A stretch of DNA of 64,000 nt, from contig JAIVFI010000033.1 in assembly GCA_025558095.1 (NCBI GenBank), positions 186,001 to 250,000 of the forward strand, written 5' to 3'. A program made the position numbers and the translations under genes. Of this stretch, positions 23,475 to 34,741 are shown piece by piece. Numbering within the stretch: the first letter of the stretch is position 1; every line of letters begins with the position of its first letter. Under the pieces are notes generated by a model. It was not told the DNA's origin, ran no database searches, and saw nothing but the letters and a program-made list of their open reading frames with translations. The stretch is from Hyaloraphidium curvatum SAG 235-1 (Eukaryota > Fungi > Monoblepharomycota).

Positions 23475-25099
23475 TCACTTCCTCGACCTCGCCGCGCGCT
23501 TCGGCTTCTTGGGCGTCTCGTGCAGTCCCGCCTCTTCGATTTCATCCACGAGCGCCACGTGCTCGACGTTCCGCTTCTCGCCCGCCCTGATCTTTTCCAG
23601 CGCGGCGGCGGCGGCGGAAGCGAACGCGGGCTCCTTGCCCTTGGGCGTCGGCGTCGGCGGTGCATCGGCCGGCTCGTCGTCCTCGCTGTAGATCTCTTCG
23701 CCGTCGCCTTCCATGACGAGGTGCTTGGTGCCGGGGCGGATGGCGGGAAGCTTGGCTTCAGCCTTGCCCTCGACCTTGACGGCGGACGGTTTCTCGTCCT
23801 TGGCTTCGATTGCGGCGGTGTCGTCGGCGGTGCCTTCGGCAACGACTTCGGCCTGCTCGGCGGCCTTCGACTCGAGGAGCCGCGCAAGAAGCTGGTCCTT
23901 CCTCCCGGCCACCGACAGCTTCCGCCTCCCCAGCTCCTCCTTCAACATAGCCACGGTCATCTTTTCCGGCGTCAGCGTCTCCGTCCCCTCCTTGGCGCAG
24001 TGCGAAACGAACACCTTGGCGCCCTTGGCCCCGTCCACGGCCTTGGCCTTTTCGGGCGACACCAGGCGCCGATCGAGCGGCTGGCAGTCCGGGCACGCGT
24101 ACGCCGTCCGCCCGCCCATCTTCCAGCTGCGGACCTGCGCCCCGCACCGGCAGCGGGCGTGGTTGTAGATATAGCGGCGGGTCCACGGGGCGCGGGCGTC
24201 GCCGGGGTCGACGGTGAGGATGGAGCCGGTGCGGAAGCCGCGCTGAAGGAGGTCGACGGAGTGGTGCCAGATCGTCTCGAAGGCGGCGCGGGTGACCGTC
24301 GAGGCGGGGGTTTCGGGGTGCACGCGGGATTTGTAGAGGATCTGAGGCGATATTCAGCAGCGCGACGAGAGATCGAAGGACGGAGACCGACTTCGGCGCG
24401 GTAGATGTTGCCAATCCCGGCCACGAAGCTCTGGTCCATGAGCACGAGCCCGATCGGCTTGTTCTTGCTCGCCTGCATCTTGCTCCACAGCCTCTCCTTG
24501 TCCGCGTCCTCCCGCAACGGGTCCGGGCCCAGCTTCTCCGACCACGCGTCGAAGAATGCGATCCCTCCGTGGTCCAGCGTCTGGCATGAAAAGTGCACGC
24601 AGATGCCTAGGCGCGGGTTGAGGAGCTCCAAACGCGTCGTGGGCTTGGTTTCCGGCACGGGGGCCACCTCGACCTCGGGAGGCGACACCGGAGTGTAGGC
24701 GACGCGTCGGGCCTTGCCCGACATGCCGAAATGCACGTGGACGACGACAGCGTCGTTCGATTCGTCGTTCGATGCGTTTTGAGCCGAGGAGGAGGCGAAG
24801 GTGGGGGAGCTCAGGGGTGTAGGCAGCGCCGAAGCGGTGGTGAAGAAGTAGAACAGGTTCTTGCCGATGGATTCGATTCTGTCGAGCTTTCTGCCGTTGA
24901 TGAGCGCTGCACCGTCGGTGAAGCGGCCATTGGGACTGCAAGCAGGACGGGGGGGTTTGAAAGATCGCGAGAGAGAGGATACGATGAGCTGGGCTTCGAG
25001 AGGGCTCAGGACAGCGGACCTCCGAGCCTGGAATTGCTTTCCGAGAAGAAGCTTGCGATGCGCCGCCGCGACGCGTGCAACGCCATGGCCTTCCACCAT
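23475..25099 (-). CDS. Fpg/Nei DNA glycosylase/AP lyase with zinc finger and SAP domain (2 introns)
   Basis: N-terminal MVEGH, GKNLF, VHFGMSG, H2TH LMDQSFVAGIGNIYRAE, CRCG...CPDCQ finger, SAP MTVAMLKEELGRRKLSVAGRKDQLLARL. Confidence 0.9.
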
Positions 25100-25205
25100 G
25101 TTTGCGACAGTGGATCTCCGCCAGCCGACATTCCGTTGCATGATCGTTGATCGCGGTTCCGGATCATCGAAAGTCCCGCTTCCACGCGAATGTCATTGCG
25201 CGACC

Positions 25206-26595
25206 ATGGCACCGCCGCAGCAACCTTTTGACTACTCATCTGGCTTTGAGGATGTGAAATGCGAGCTGGACGAGTCTTCGGGAGTGCTTCTGGTCACCCT
25301 GAACCGGCCTCAGAACCTCAATGCCATGAGCGGGCTCATGGTCGGTGTCTGGCTGCCGATGGCTGTCCAAGGGCATGGCGATGACGTTTCAAAACAGGTC
25401 CTTTCTCTCATGAAGGCGTACTGGATGGCTGACTTGGATGACCGGGTCAAGGTGTGAACATGCCTCCGCGTGTCTCCCGCGTCGTGCCGGGAACTCATCT
25501 GCTAACTCGCGGTACCGCTGCACCTCATGTCTTTACTCTCCTGGCAACGCATTCTGTCATCCATAACATCCTCCTGGATCCACTTTATCGCAACAACACA
25601 CAAGGTCGTTGTGCTCACGGGCGCCGGACGTGCTTTCTGTGCTGGCGCGGATCTCTCCGGGGGAGGTTTCAAGACTGCCGAAAAGCCAAACATCAATGAC
25701 GTTCGTGATGGCGGCGGCCAGAGCTCGATGGTGGGTTACCAGGTCTCCGGATGGCGTCGGCCGCCTCTTTCGCGCGCCGACCTTTGGCCTTGTGACTTAC
25801 GTACGCTTTGCAGGTCATGTACAAGTGTAGAAAAGTGACAATTGCGGCGATCAACGGCGCGTGCGTCGGCGGAGGCTTCACCATGACTCTGTGAGTGGAA
25901 CGCTGCTGACCCTTTCTAATTCTGACTGGATCTCCCACAGGCCGCTCGACATCCGCATCGTCTGGAAAGACGCCAAGATGGCTTTCCCGTTCGTGCGTCG
26001 CGCAATCGTGCCGGAATCGATGTCGTCGTACTTCTTGCCGAAACTCGTCGGCTGGTCGCGAACCCAGGCCCTCTTCATGACGGGCAAGACTTTCCCGGCC
26101 AAGCACCACCTATTTGATGGACTATGGTACGAAGTCGTCGACGAGCAGAGCCAGGTTTTGCCCGCTGCTATGGAGCTCGCCAAGGAGCTTGCGAAGGAGG
26201 TCTCGCTCGTGTCGGTCGCCCTCACCAAATCGCTTGTCGTGGGTGCTAACGACAACGGCGATATCGAATACGTCTGAGCCCCGCGTCCTCAGCACCACGG
26301 GTTCGACGATCCCGCCGAGGCCCACTTCATGGAGAGCAAGCTTGTGTACTACTGCGGCAACTCCCTGGACTCAGCTGCCGGCGTCGAATCCTTCCTTAAG
26401 AAGACATCGCCCTCGTACCCAGGACGCGTGACCGCCCGCGGGTCGACGCCCCAAGCCTACGGCATGCCGGACCTGTGGCCTTGGCACAAAGAGACGGACA
26501 TTCGCGGAAAGGACTACCCCAACGGCCTGCACGACGTCGACGAGTACATTGCGCGGATGAAGCAGGCTCGGGAGGCGGCCAAGGCGAAGATTTGA
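25206..26595 (+). CDS. Enoyl-CoA hydratase/isomerase (crotonase) family protein, multi-exon
   Basis: LVTLNRPQNLNAM, VVVLTGAGRAFCAGADL, TIAAINGACVGGGFTM, FVRRAIVPE. Confidence 0.9.
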
Positions 26596-26676
26596 AACAG
26601 TTCTATGTCTCCTCACATGACAATTGACAGAGTTTGACGCAGTATGACGCAGCGACCAAAAGTCCAATTCCGTTCA

Positions 26677-27519
26677 TCAATGGCCAATGAGTGCACCCCG
26701 CCCGCGGGAGCACCACGAATCCGGGCTCGAATACCCGGTGTCGCCGCCATAAACCTCGGCGTGCCTGTGTCCACACTCCAAGTACGGCGAGTAGGTTGTG
26801 GCGGTCCTCGCAAGCTCTAAGCACTGCTCGAAGGTAGTGGCGAAGAGGCAGTGTGTGCTGTCAGCCGAAAGGCATGCGATTTCGTTTCCCGCGGTGACCT
26901 TGAGCGGCGTCAGAACGGCAGCGCCATGCGAGTCGGCGGGCAAGCAAGTGAATGCCGAGCCGCCCAGGTCCGTCGTGCCCACTGGGGCGGCGGACGGGCC
27001 CACGGGTGCGGGGGCGGAGGCCGCAGCCGCAGATGCGCCAGGCGCCTCTGCAGGAGCACCCGTCTGTCCGACAGAAGAGCAGTCCACGACCGTCCAAGTC
27101 ACAGGCCTCCTCGTGGGAGTCTCTCCAACGGCCCGGCGGAAAGTCTCATAGGTCATATCGATGTGTCCGTAGCCGCACCCCTCGCAGCGGTCGAGGATCT
27201 GGCAGTAGCCGCAGCCGGCATCGCCGCACACGCGCACGCATTGTCCGCACAGCGACGACTTCCAGTCGCCGTTTTTGGTTGCGTCGAACAACTGGTCGGA
27301 GATGGCGCAGGCGCCGGGGTATTGGGCGGTTGACAGCTGCGTCCCGCACGCTCCCCAGACGCCGAGCCCGCCGGTGCCTGGAAAATAGGCAGTGCCATCG
27401 ACGCCTGAAAACGATAGAGCCCTCCGTTGCAGGTTTGAACGTTGGGGAAGCGCTGCGGCGTCGGCCGCACCGGCAGCGAGTGCGGCCAGCCCGACGGCGA
27501 GAGCAGGGCCGAATCTCAT
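26677..27519 (-). CDS. Secreted expansin-like/loosenin (RlpA-like DPBB) protein with an extra Cys-rich C-terminal module
   Basis: Signal peptide; GTAY...GACG, CGQCVRV, ILDRCEGC...HIDMT; linker; then CLSADSTHC...CGHRHAEVYGGDTGYSSPDSWC. Confidence 0.85.
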   Translation of the reverse strand: MRFGPALAVGLAALAAGAADAAALPQRSNLQRRALSFSGVDGTAYFPGTGGLGVWGACGTQLSTAQYPGACAISDQLFDATKNGDWKSSLCGQCVRVCGDAGCGYCQILDRCEGCGYGHIDMTYETFRRAVGETPTRRPVTWTVVDCSSVGQTGAPAEAPGASAAAASAPAPVGPSAAPVGTTDLGGSAFTCLPADSHGAAVLTPLKVTAGNEIACLSADSTHCLFATTFEQCLELARTATTYSPYLECGHRHAEVYGGDTGYSSPDSWCSRGRGALIGH

Positions 27520-27872
27520 TGTGAGCGCCCTCGCAGGAGGACTGTAACGACGCTGTGAGGTACGGCTCAAGCGCAGAGAGCAGGAGCCGTGCCGCAGTGT
27601 TGACCTGTCAAAAGCAATGGCGCCTGGGAGCGGGAAAGCGGGGGGATCGGCCTGGGCTGGTGATGCTGATCGGGCGGGTGAGGGGAAAGAGGAAGGCCAC
27701 CTCGCTGAAATGATACTGGGCGCCCCGACAAGTCAGAGACAGCGGACGTGGGCTCGCTGAATCGTAGACCCACTCTGCGCAGATCGACGCAGGCGGGACA
27801 GGTTTTGTGCACTTCTGGGCGAGCAAGAACGGTTCCTTTCGGTCCCCCTTTCAACACCGATGAATTGGCAAA

Positions 27873-29778
27873 CTAAACAAGAAACGATCCCTCCTTGCCC
27901 ATCGGGAACATCGCCAGCACCTCATCCATCAGCTGGCTCTGCTCCGCCGAGCCCACCGAAACCGGCGACACCAGCGCCCGCATCACCTGCGCCAACGAGC
28001 CGAGCGCCGGGGCGCAGGTGGCCACGTACTCGAGCGTGCGGATGTGCACTGCGAGCTTGGTCCGGAGCATCTTGGTCAGGTCCGTCTCGCCTTCGCCCTC
28101 GGCGCGCTTGAGCCGCCGGATCAGGGCGACGAAGAGGAGCGAGACCTTGACCATGCAGGGCCAGAGCACGAAGGGGAGCCGATCGAGCTCGCCCGGGGTC
28201 GCGCAAAGCGTCTCGAGCGAATCGCACACCCCGGACGTGGCCTCGAACGCGGTCACGAAGGAGCTCGAAGAGACCCAGCCCGATTCGTCCATGAGGATGT
28301 CGCGCACCGTCGGGGGCGAATATAGGATCACCTTGATGGTGTTTGCCAGCATCAGGAGGTGGTGCAGCTTAACGAACGTGAACCGCCCTTCCGCCGCCTT
28401 GGAGTCGGACGTGAGCGAGGCCGGGCTTCCGTCGGCATCCTGAGCCGCGGTCAAGTTCGCGATGATAGCGTCCAGAAGCTCCCGTACGAGGAGCACACCC
28501 GGGTCCGAGGCAAGCAAGAGGTTCATCAACGAAGTGGGTCCCGCGTTGGCTGCCTGCCACCGGCCGATCCGCGATCGGAGATCGAAGAGGAGCGCCTTGA
28601 TCGCGTAGCCATTGAGGAGGGGAAAGATCGCCGTAAGCTGCTCCGGCGTCTGGATCATGTCCAGGGTTATGGGCGCGTCGACTTCCACTGTCGAGTAGTT
28701 CCCTGGCAGCGCCACCCCCGATATCAGGTGCTCTGGGAACATCCACGCATGGTGGGTAGCCTGCATGACGCCGCTCCGGTCGTAACCGTACATCGCCCAA
28801 AGCAATCGGCGAGCAAGTTCGCCGTCGCGCGTGCGCGGCACGGGATCCAGCTCGGGTGCGAGGGCAACGGCCATGCGGAAGAACCTCTCGCCCATCTTGA
28901 GGTCGTTGTGCAAGAAGACGGCGGCGAAAACCGAGTGGATGAGCCCGATGATGATGTCCGCGGGGGACGAAGGCGTCGACACGGGGATGGGGATCATCGC
29001 GTTGCGGATCAGCTCCGTGGCACGGTTCATGCAGGAAGACGCAAACTCGGTCCACTCCTGCGGGGACTGCGGGGCAAAAGGTCCAAGCGACGTCGTGTTG
29101 GCCGGCGAGGGCGGCAAAGATCCGCCGCGCAGGCTCAGGAGCGCCTCCTCAGCATCCAACTCGGAGGAATCTCGCGGAATCTGCTGGTCCGAAGAGACGA
29201 CATCCATGAGGCAGAATCCTCCAGTCGCCATGACGACGTTGAAGACCATCTCGGAACAGCGGAGCCCAAAGTCTGCGTTGAGTATGGACGGATCAACTGC
29301 AGTGCCGTTAGAACGGGGCGCAACGGATTCCCAGAGTTCGCTCACGTAGAGGAATGGAGCCCAATGCAAAGTCCCTGTACGCTTCAATGATCGTCGCAAT
29401 GAGCTCGGGGGACATCGACTCGACGCTGAACTTGTGCCCGTGGCTCTTAACCCCGGCGTTATCGGCGCTTCGCATGCTCTCTCGGTCGTCGACCGAAGCC
29501 GCGGCCTTGCGCTTCTTCGGCTTTGGCGCCACCAGGCCCAGAATCTGCTCCTTTGCCGCCAGGATCTTGTCGACGGCGCGCCTGTCCGGCGTCATGTACA
29601 CGCAGGGGATGCCGCGGCGCACGCAGCGCTTGCACGTCAGGTTGTCGACCTTGAGGTGCGAGCCCGAGCCCGACGAGCCGGGCGTCGGCGGGGCCTCCGC
29701 GTGCGAGATGATCAGCTCCTCGAGGTCGCACGGCCTGCGCCGCGTGCGGCAGCCGGCGCACATCAGCCGCGCGCGCAT
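27873..29778 (-). CDS. Zn(II)2Cys6 fungal transcription factor with middle homology region (intron 29297-29345)
   Basis: CAGCRTRRRPC...CKRCVRRGIPC; ELARRLLWAMYGYDR fungal-TF motif. Confidence 0.85.
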
Positions 29779-30003
29779 CTTCGGGCGGGCGGCGGGGTTG
29801 CTTGGATGTGAGTCGAAGGGGCGTGGACACGGAAACGGAGACAGCGCTATGGCGCACGACCGCGCTATATTGTTACTCCGATCCCCTCGAAGACTTCAAA
29901 ACTTCGCGATTGGTATCTGCTTCATCTACAGAATGACTACAATCAATTGCCTTGACCGGGATCGCACGAAAGGTGGATGGCCCAAACTGTCCTACTAGAA
30001 AAG

Positions 30004-31188
30004 CTAACAATACGGGCAAGTGCTCTTGTCCGTCACGTCCTGAATGCAATCGCGGCAGAGCTTGTGCGAGGGTTTCCGGCGGCAAGACCACTTGCAGCAG
30101 CCGGGTTCGCTTGCGGTGGACCACGCACATTCCGGCGACTTGCAAACGATCGATTGGCAGCTCTTGCATTTCCACCGCCCCTGCGCCTGCGAGGATCGAG
30201 TCAGGAAGCGAGCCAATCAGCCTCTCCAATGGCACCCACGACATGAAGCTCGCAGATGAAAACGGGAGTGCTTCGGTCCGACAGCGAACCCTTGCAGAGC
30301 AGATCCGGATCGTGGATGACGCAAAGGTACTCGTAGCAGCTTTCCTTCCCACTGCACTTCTTCAGAACGGTTCGTTCCTGCTTTTCGTTGTTGCAGGAGG
30401 GGCAGAGGTACTCTCCGGTGACCGGATCTTGAATCGGTGCCTCGTCGCTTCCAGACGTATCGTCGTTCATTGTCTCCGACTGCGACGGCGACGGCGCAAC
30501 CGGCCCGCCGTTGTGCGAGTTCGTGGAAGTCTGGCGATCGGGAACTTCGGCGTCGCCCGGCGCCTTTCGCTTCTTGGCGGTCGACGCGAATTCCTTCTTG
30601 TCCGTGCGTGCCGCGGCCTCCTTCTTTATCACGACGCCGGGTTCGTCCTTGATTTTCTCCTCCTTCTTGGCCTTGCCTTTCGAAGGCTCGGTGAGCTGCG
30701 AGACCAAAGTCTCGGGGACTTCCTTCAGGAGCTGGTGCGCGGCCTCCACGGCCACCCCTCGCTCGCGCTGCTTGTGCTTCTGGATCCAATGGGGCATAAC
30801 CAGATTCTCCTCGCTAAACTCGTGTACCTCGGCCTCCTGGACCATCCCGAAGATGTTCTCGCCCCTACGTCACGCGGATCAACTCGGTCGCGGGTTGTCG
30901 GATCTCCAGCCAACACCAACAAGTATTTCACCGGCACGGTGCCATCCTCCGGCGGGGCGTCCTCCAACGTCTTGCGAATGCTCTTGTCCTTTATGTCCTT
31001 CACGGGAGGCAGCAGCAGAACGGGCCTGAACCCCACGTCGACGAGAAGGAGTCCCAAAGACATCCGTAGACCCCGAGGAAGAGCGAACGCGCGATTCAAA
31101 AGCAACAAAACGCAAACAGCCGGTATTTGGAGACAGAACGACGTGTTAGACACCAGGCGGGGGAGGGAGGTCTGTTTCACGGCACCAT
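30004..31188 (-). CDS. Hypothetical protein with Cys-rich (zinc-binding) C-terminus; exon structure and start uncertain
   Basis: Successive ORFs with CPSC..C..C...C, CKSC...C..C, CC...C, CRDC...CPYC; Lys-rich middle region. Confidence 0.55.
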
Positions 31189-31386
31189 GGCGGGAAGTCC
31201 GGGCGCGGGCCGGAAAGCGGTATCACGACCGCAATTTGACCGGGCTTGAACGGAAACGCGGCGTTCGCCCTCTTCGGCGGCATTTTGAGCGGGGACTGGG
31301 GGACCTTTTCGGCAACCAGAAGTCTGATGGAGTCCGCAGCGATCCGCGCTGGACAATCGTCCGATCCGAATCCAACTCCGCCGGAA

Positions 31387-31713
31387 ATGGCGAACTCGCC
31401 GGCAAAGACCACGAAGCAACGCTCTTCCGCGTCATCAGCACCTCGCTTGCCGCAGAAGAAGGCGGCCCAGCGCTCTTACTTTGCGCGGAATCCGGACCTG
31501 GCAGGCATCGCCCTCTTCTTCTTAGTCGTTGTTCTCGCCATAGCTTATGGAATCTACGTGATGCGCGACTACTGGACCATGTTGATCATGGAAGGACGCT
31601 TGCCCGACGCCATGGAAGGAGAGGGCCGTATTTGGCAGTCGATCCGAAGCTATCTGGAAGCCAGGAACCTTGCGGCGGGGGAGGGTCGCCTTGGGAAGAA
31701 GACGGAGCTTTAG
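31387..31713 (+). CDS. Small single-pass membrane protein ending in KTEL
   Basis: One TM (GIALFFLVVVLAIAYGIYV), basic N-terminus, KDEL-like C-terminus. Confidence 0.6.
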   Translation: MANSPAKTTKQRSSASSAPRLPQKKAAQRSYFARNPDLAGIALFFLVVVLAIAYGIYVMRDYWTMLIMEGRLPDAMEGEGRIWQSIRSYLEARNLAAGEGRLGKKTEL

Positions 31714-32166
31714 CTGGAGATGGCGCAAGTGGAATGATGAACTCGGATCAGTGTTAACTCATGGTGGATGAATGTGCGATCGTCTTCGTCCTGAGGCGTA
31801 TAGTTGAAGAACGAAATCAAACAAAGCTGCTGCTGATTGATTAATGGCTCATTTGCATCAGTCGCCTCGGTAGCATCTTCGCATTGCTAGTACCGTCGGG
31901 AGTGTGATCGCCCTAGGACGACGGCCGCCCGCCGCCGGACCCTGGCGGTTGGCCGGCGCCAACATCAAGGGCCCCCAATCTCCTCACGTTCGCGCGCGCC
32001 TGCTCCCTGTTCATCTGAAGCCGCCTCCACCAAAGCACGTTCGTGTCGATCCAGTTGGCTCCCCGACCCAAGGTCGAGCGCATCGCTCCCGACGAACAAC
32101 TCCAGTCGCTCTGACATCGTTCCTGAGTAGAAGCTCCTCCCAGCCTTCCCCGAGGCCGAGGCCAAA

Positions 32167-33292
32167 ATGACCGAGACAATCAGCAATATGAGCGCGGCGA
32201 CAAAGGAGGTCTGTTTCAGCGGGATTCGTCGCCTCACAAGGGCGCCCAGCTGACGGCACGCGCACCGGGCAGACGATGGAGCTGGTCCAATCCATACAGG
32301 CTCTGAGCGCTCAATCGGGGCCTACGGTGAAGATCTTTCAAAACATCGCCGACGTCTTCACGTGGAAGAACGTTCCCGTGACCCTCGGCGTCTGCGCCGC
32401 CTGGGCCGTTCTCTGTTTGGCTCCCACGACCTTCATCATGTTCGGGCCCCATGCTTTCGTGCTCTGGGTGAGTGCGAATTGCGCCTTGGACCCAGGATGC
32501 CTGCTGACTTGGTTGTGCAGGTACTCGGAGTTGTCCTGTCAAAGAAGATCCGGAAGACGAAGCCGACAGAGGCACAGTTCCAGGCTGACATGCAGAGAGA
32601 GATGGAGGAGAAGGCAGCTGCTGAACGGGCGGCGGCAGCTGCCAAGAAAGCCGCGGAAGAGTGGGTGATCGTTTTCGTACCCCCTCGCTTGGCTCACTTT
32701 GTCTTCCTTTGTCTTTCCTTCCAGGGCCGAGAAGGCCAAGCGTGGTGAGTTGCGAGCACGAGCTTACTTCGCCTCCTTGCTCATTTTCTCTGTCTCTTCA
32801 GCAAATTGGGGTTACCTCCAGACTGGCCTCAACTTTGCGACCTCGAGCGTGTTCTCTGTGACCAAGACTGCGGCATCCTTCCTGCCCGTTGACCTTCCTG
32901 ACATACCCAACCTCGGCGACGTCGCGAAACAGATCGACGGGATCCAGAAAACCGTTGACAATGGTAGATTAACGGACGGCTTGATCCGTACCACGTTGCT
33001 GATCGATCAATCTGCAGCGACGAACCAGCTTGCCACTGTCAACCAGTTTGTTCACGACCTGAGCTGGGCGGATGAACAAAAGACCTACGACCTTGTCGAA
33101 AAGATTCTCCTTTCCTGGGTCGTCTGGGTCATCATTCTCTACTTTATTCCCTTCAAGTTCATCGCCCTGATCCTCGGCGAGCTGGGCCTCTTTGCGCTCT
33201 CGGAGACCGGCGGCCTGGCGATCGCCAAGATCTCGAGGATGGCGGCGGGCTCCGCACCCGCAGCCAATGGCGACGCCAAGAAGGTCGAGTGA
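32167..33292 (+). CDS. Membrane protein with reticulon-like/Pex24p(Pex28-32)-type hairpins; includes a 20-nt micro-exon (~32725-32744)
   Basis: DVFTWKNVPVT and DLSWADEQKT motifs, each followed by a long hydrophobic hairpin; canonical introns. Confidence 0.55.
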
Positions 33293-33552
33293 CGGAGGAG
33301 CTGCTGCTGGGGACGATCAGACTCGTGGTCATGCTGTTGTTCGCATTCTGTAACTTGCCGTTATATGTATGGGATAGATCGGAAACCGCCCCCAGGAGCC
33401 GAACGGGGGCGGTCCGTTGATCGGTGCGGTGCAGTGCGGTGCGGCAGCCAGGACCCCGATCGTCCGACCCCGACCGCCTCACACACTCCTCCTCCGCTGG
33501 TACTGACGTTCTCTGCCGGCGCATCGTCGCTCTTCGCATTCTTCTGAACGCA

Positions 33553-34437
33553 ATGGGTCCGTGTTCCGGCGTTCCTCCGCCCCTCTGCGTCTGACATCAC
33601 CCTGTTTCGATGTCCCTGGCTCCTCCTCGCTCGGCATCCGGTTTCGGTTCCTCTTTACTGCCACGCCACGGCGTGTGACGCTCTGTTCCTATTGTGGTGT
33701 TCCTCCTTACGCCTGACCACGGCCTCGTTACCCTGTTCCGGTGTTCGCGCCTCTTCCGTTCACGCCGTCGACGACTGTTCACTCTCACCGCACGTCTGTC
33801 TTATTCTGGCGTTCCTCTCTACTCTTACGCACGGCGTTTGGGCACCCACTCCCGGGCTTGGTGCAATTCAACGCGCGGCATCCTGCAGGCCCCGTCACGA
33901 TCAAGCTCCGGGCCCGCGGACTGACAAAGAATGACCTTCTTGGCAAGGCCGACCCGTACTTGAGAATATCCAAGAAGACCCCGGGAAAGGATGAATGGGA
34001 CATGGTCTTCAAGGGAGGGTTCGTGAAGCAGACGCTCGACCCCGATTGGCCGCAGTTCCAGCTCTCGCTGGAGGAGCTCGGCGGGCCGGATGCGCCGCTG
34101 CTGTGGGAGGTTGGCCTGTCATTGCCTGCTTTCGGGGGCTTCGTGGCCTGATCGCTCTGCAACGGCGAAATAGGTCCTGGACTACGACACGACCCACAAG
34201 ACCGGCCCCGAGGGAATGCAGGTTTGTACGACATGTCTTCCTCGCCAACACGTTGCTGAATGAGCTCGTCCGTTACCGCAGGACGACTACCACGGCTTCC
34301 TCGAGGCCAGCTTGAACGAACTCAAGGCCAAGCCCTCGCACAAGCTGTACAACCCGCTGCGGGAGGAGGCCATGCAGAAGGCGGGCAAGCCGTACGAGGG
34401 CGACGGGGATTTGCTGGTGGACCAGGTCATGTTCTGA
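33553..34437 (+). CDS. Small C2-domain protein (copine C2-like); only ATG+G of the coding sequence precedes a 332-nt intron
   Basis: MG|PVTIKLRARGLTKNDLLGKADPYLRI...VKQTLDPDW...LLWEV|LDYD. Confidence 0.8.
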
Positions 34438-34741
34438 GGGCACGGGGCTATTTCATTAGATGCTAGAGTATTGCTTCCGCGGACTGTGTTCGGAAGCGTC
34501 TATGTCAAAGGTCCCTCTTTTCTTCGTTTCGAGTGTACAGCCGATTGGTATCGCAAAGCGCGCGAAGGGGGCGGCACGAGCAGAATGACCAAGATTTCAG
34601 AGTGTCAGAAGAAGTGGTTATGGAGACGGGTTAGCAACAAGGCCAGCGAAGAATCCGCCAATAGCTAAACTCCGAGGTCCTTGCAGCTCGCTTTAGCGCA
34701 CACTGCCTGCCCATGTCCTGTCCACGTCCATGTCCAAGAGA

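Noticed and set aside
29297-29345. Apparent frameshifts or pseudogenes where ORFs break (here and in many genes)
   Set aside because: The breaks I checked are explained by a GT...branch...AG intron that restores the conserved protein motif
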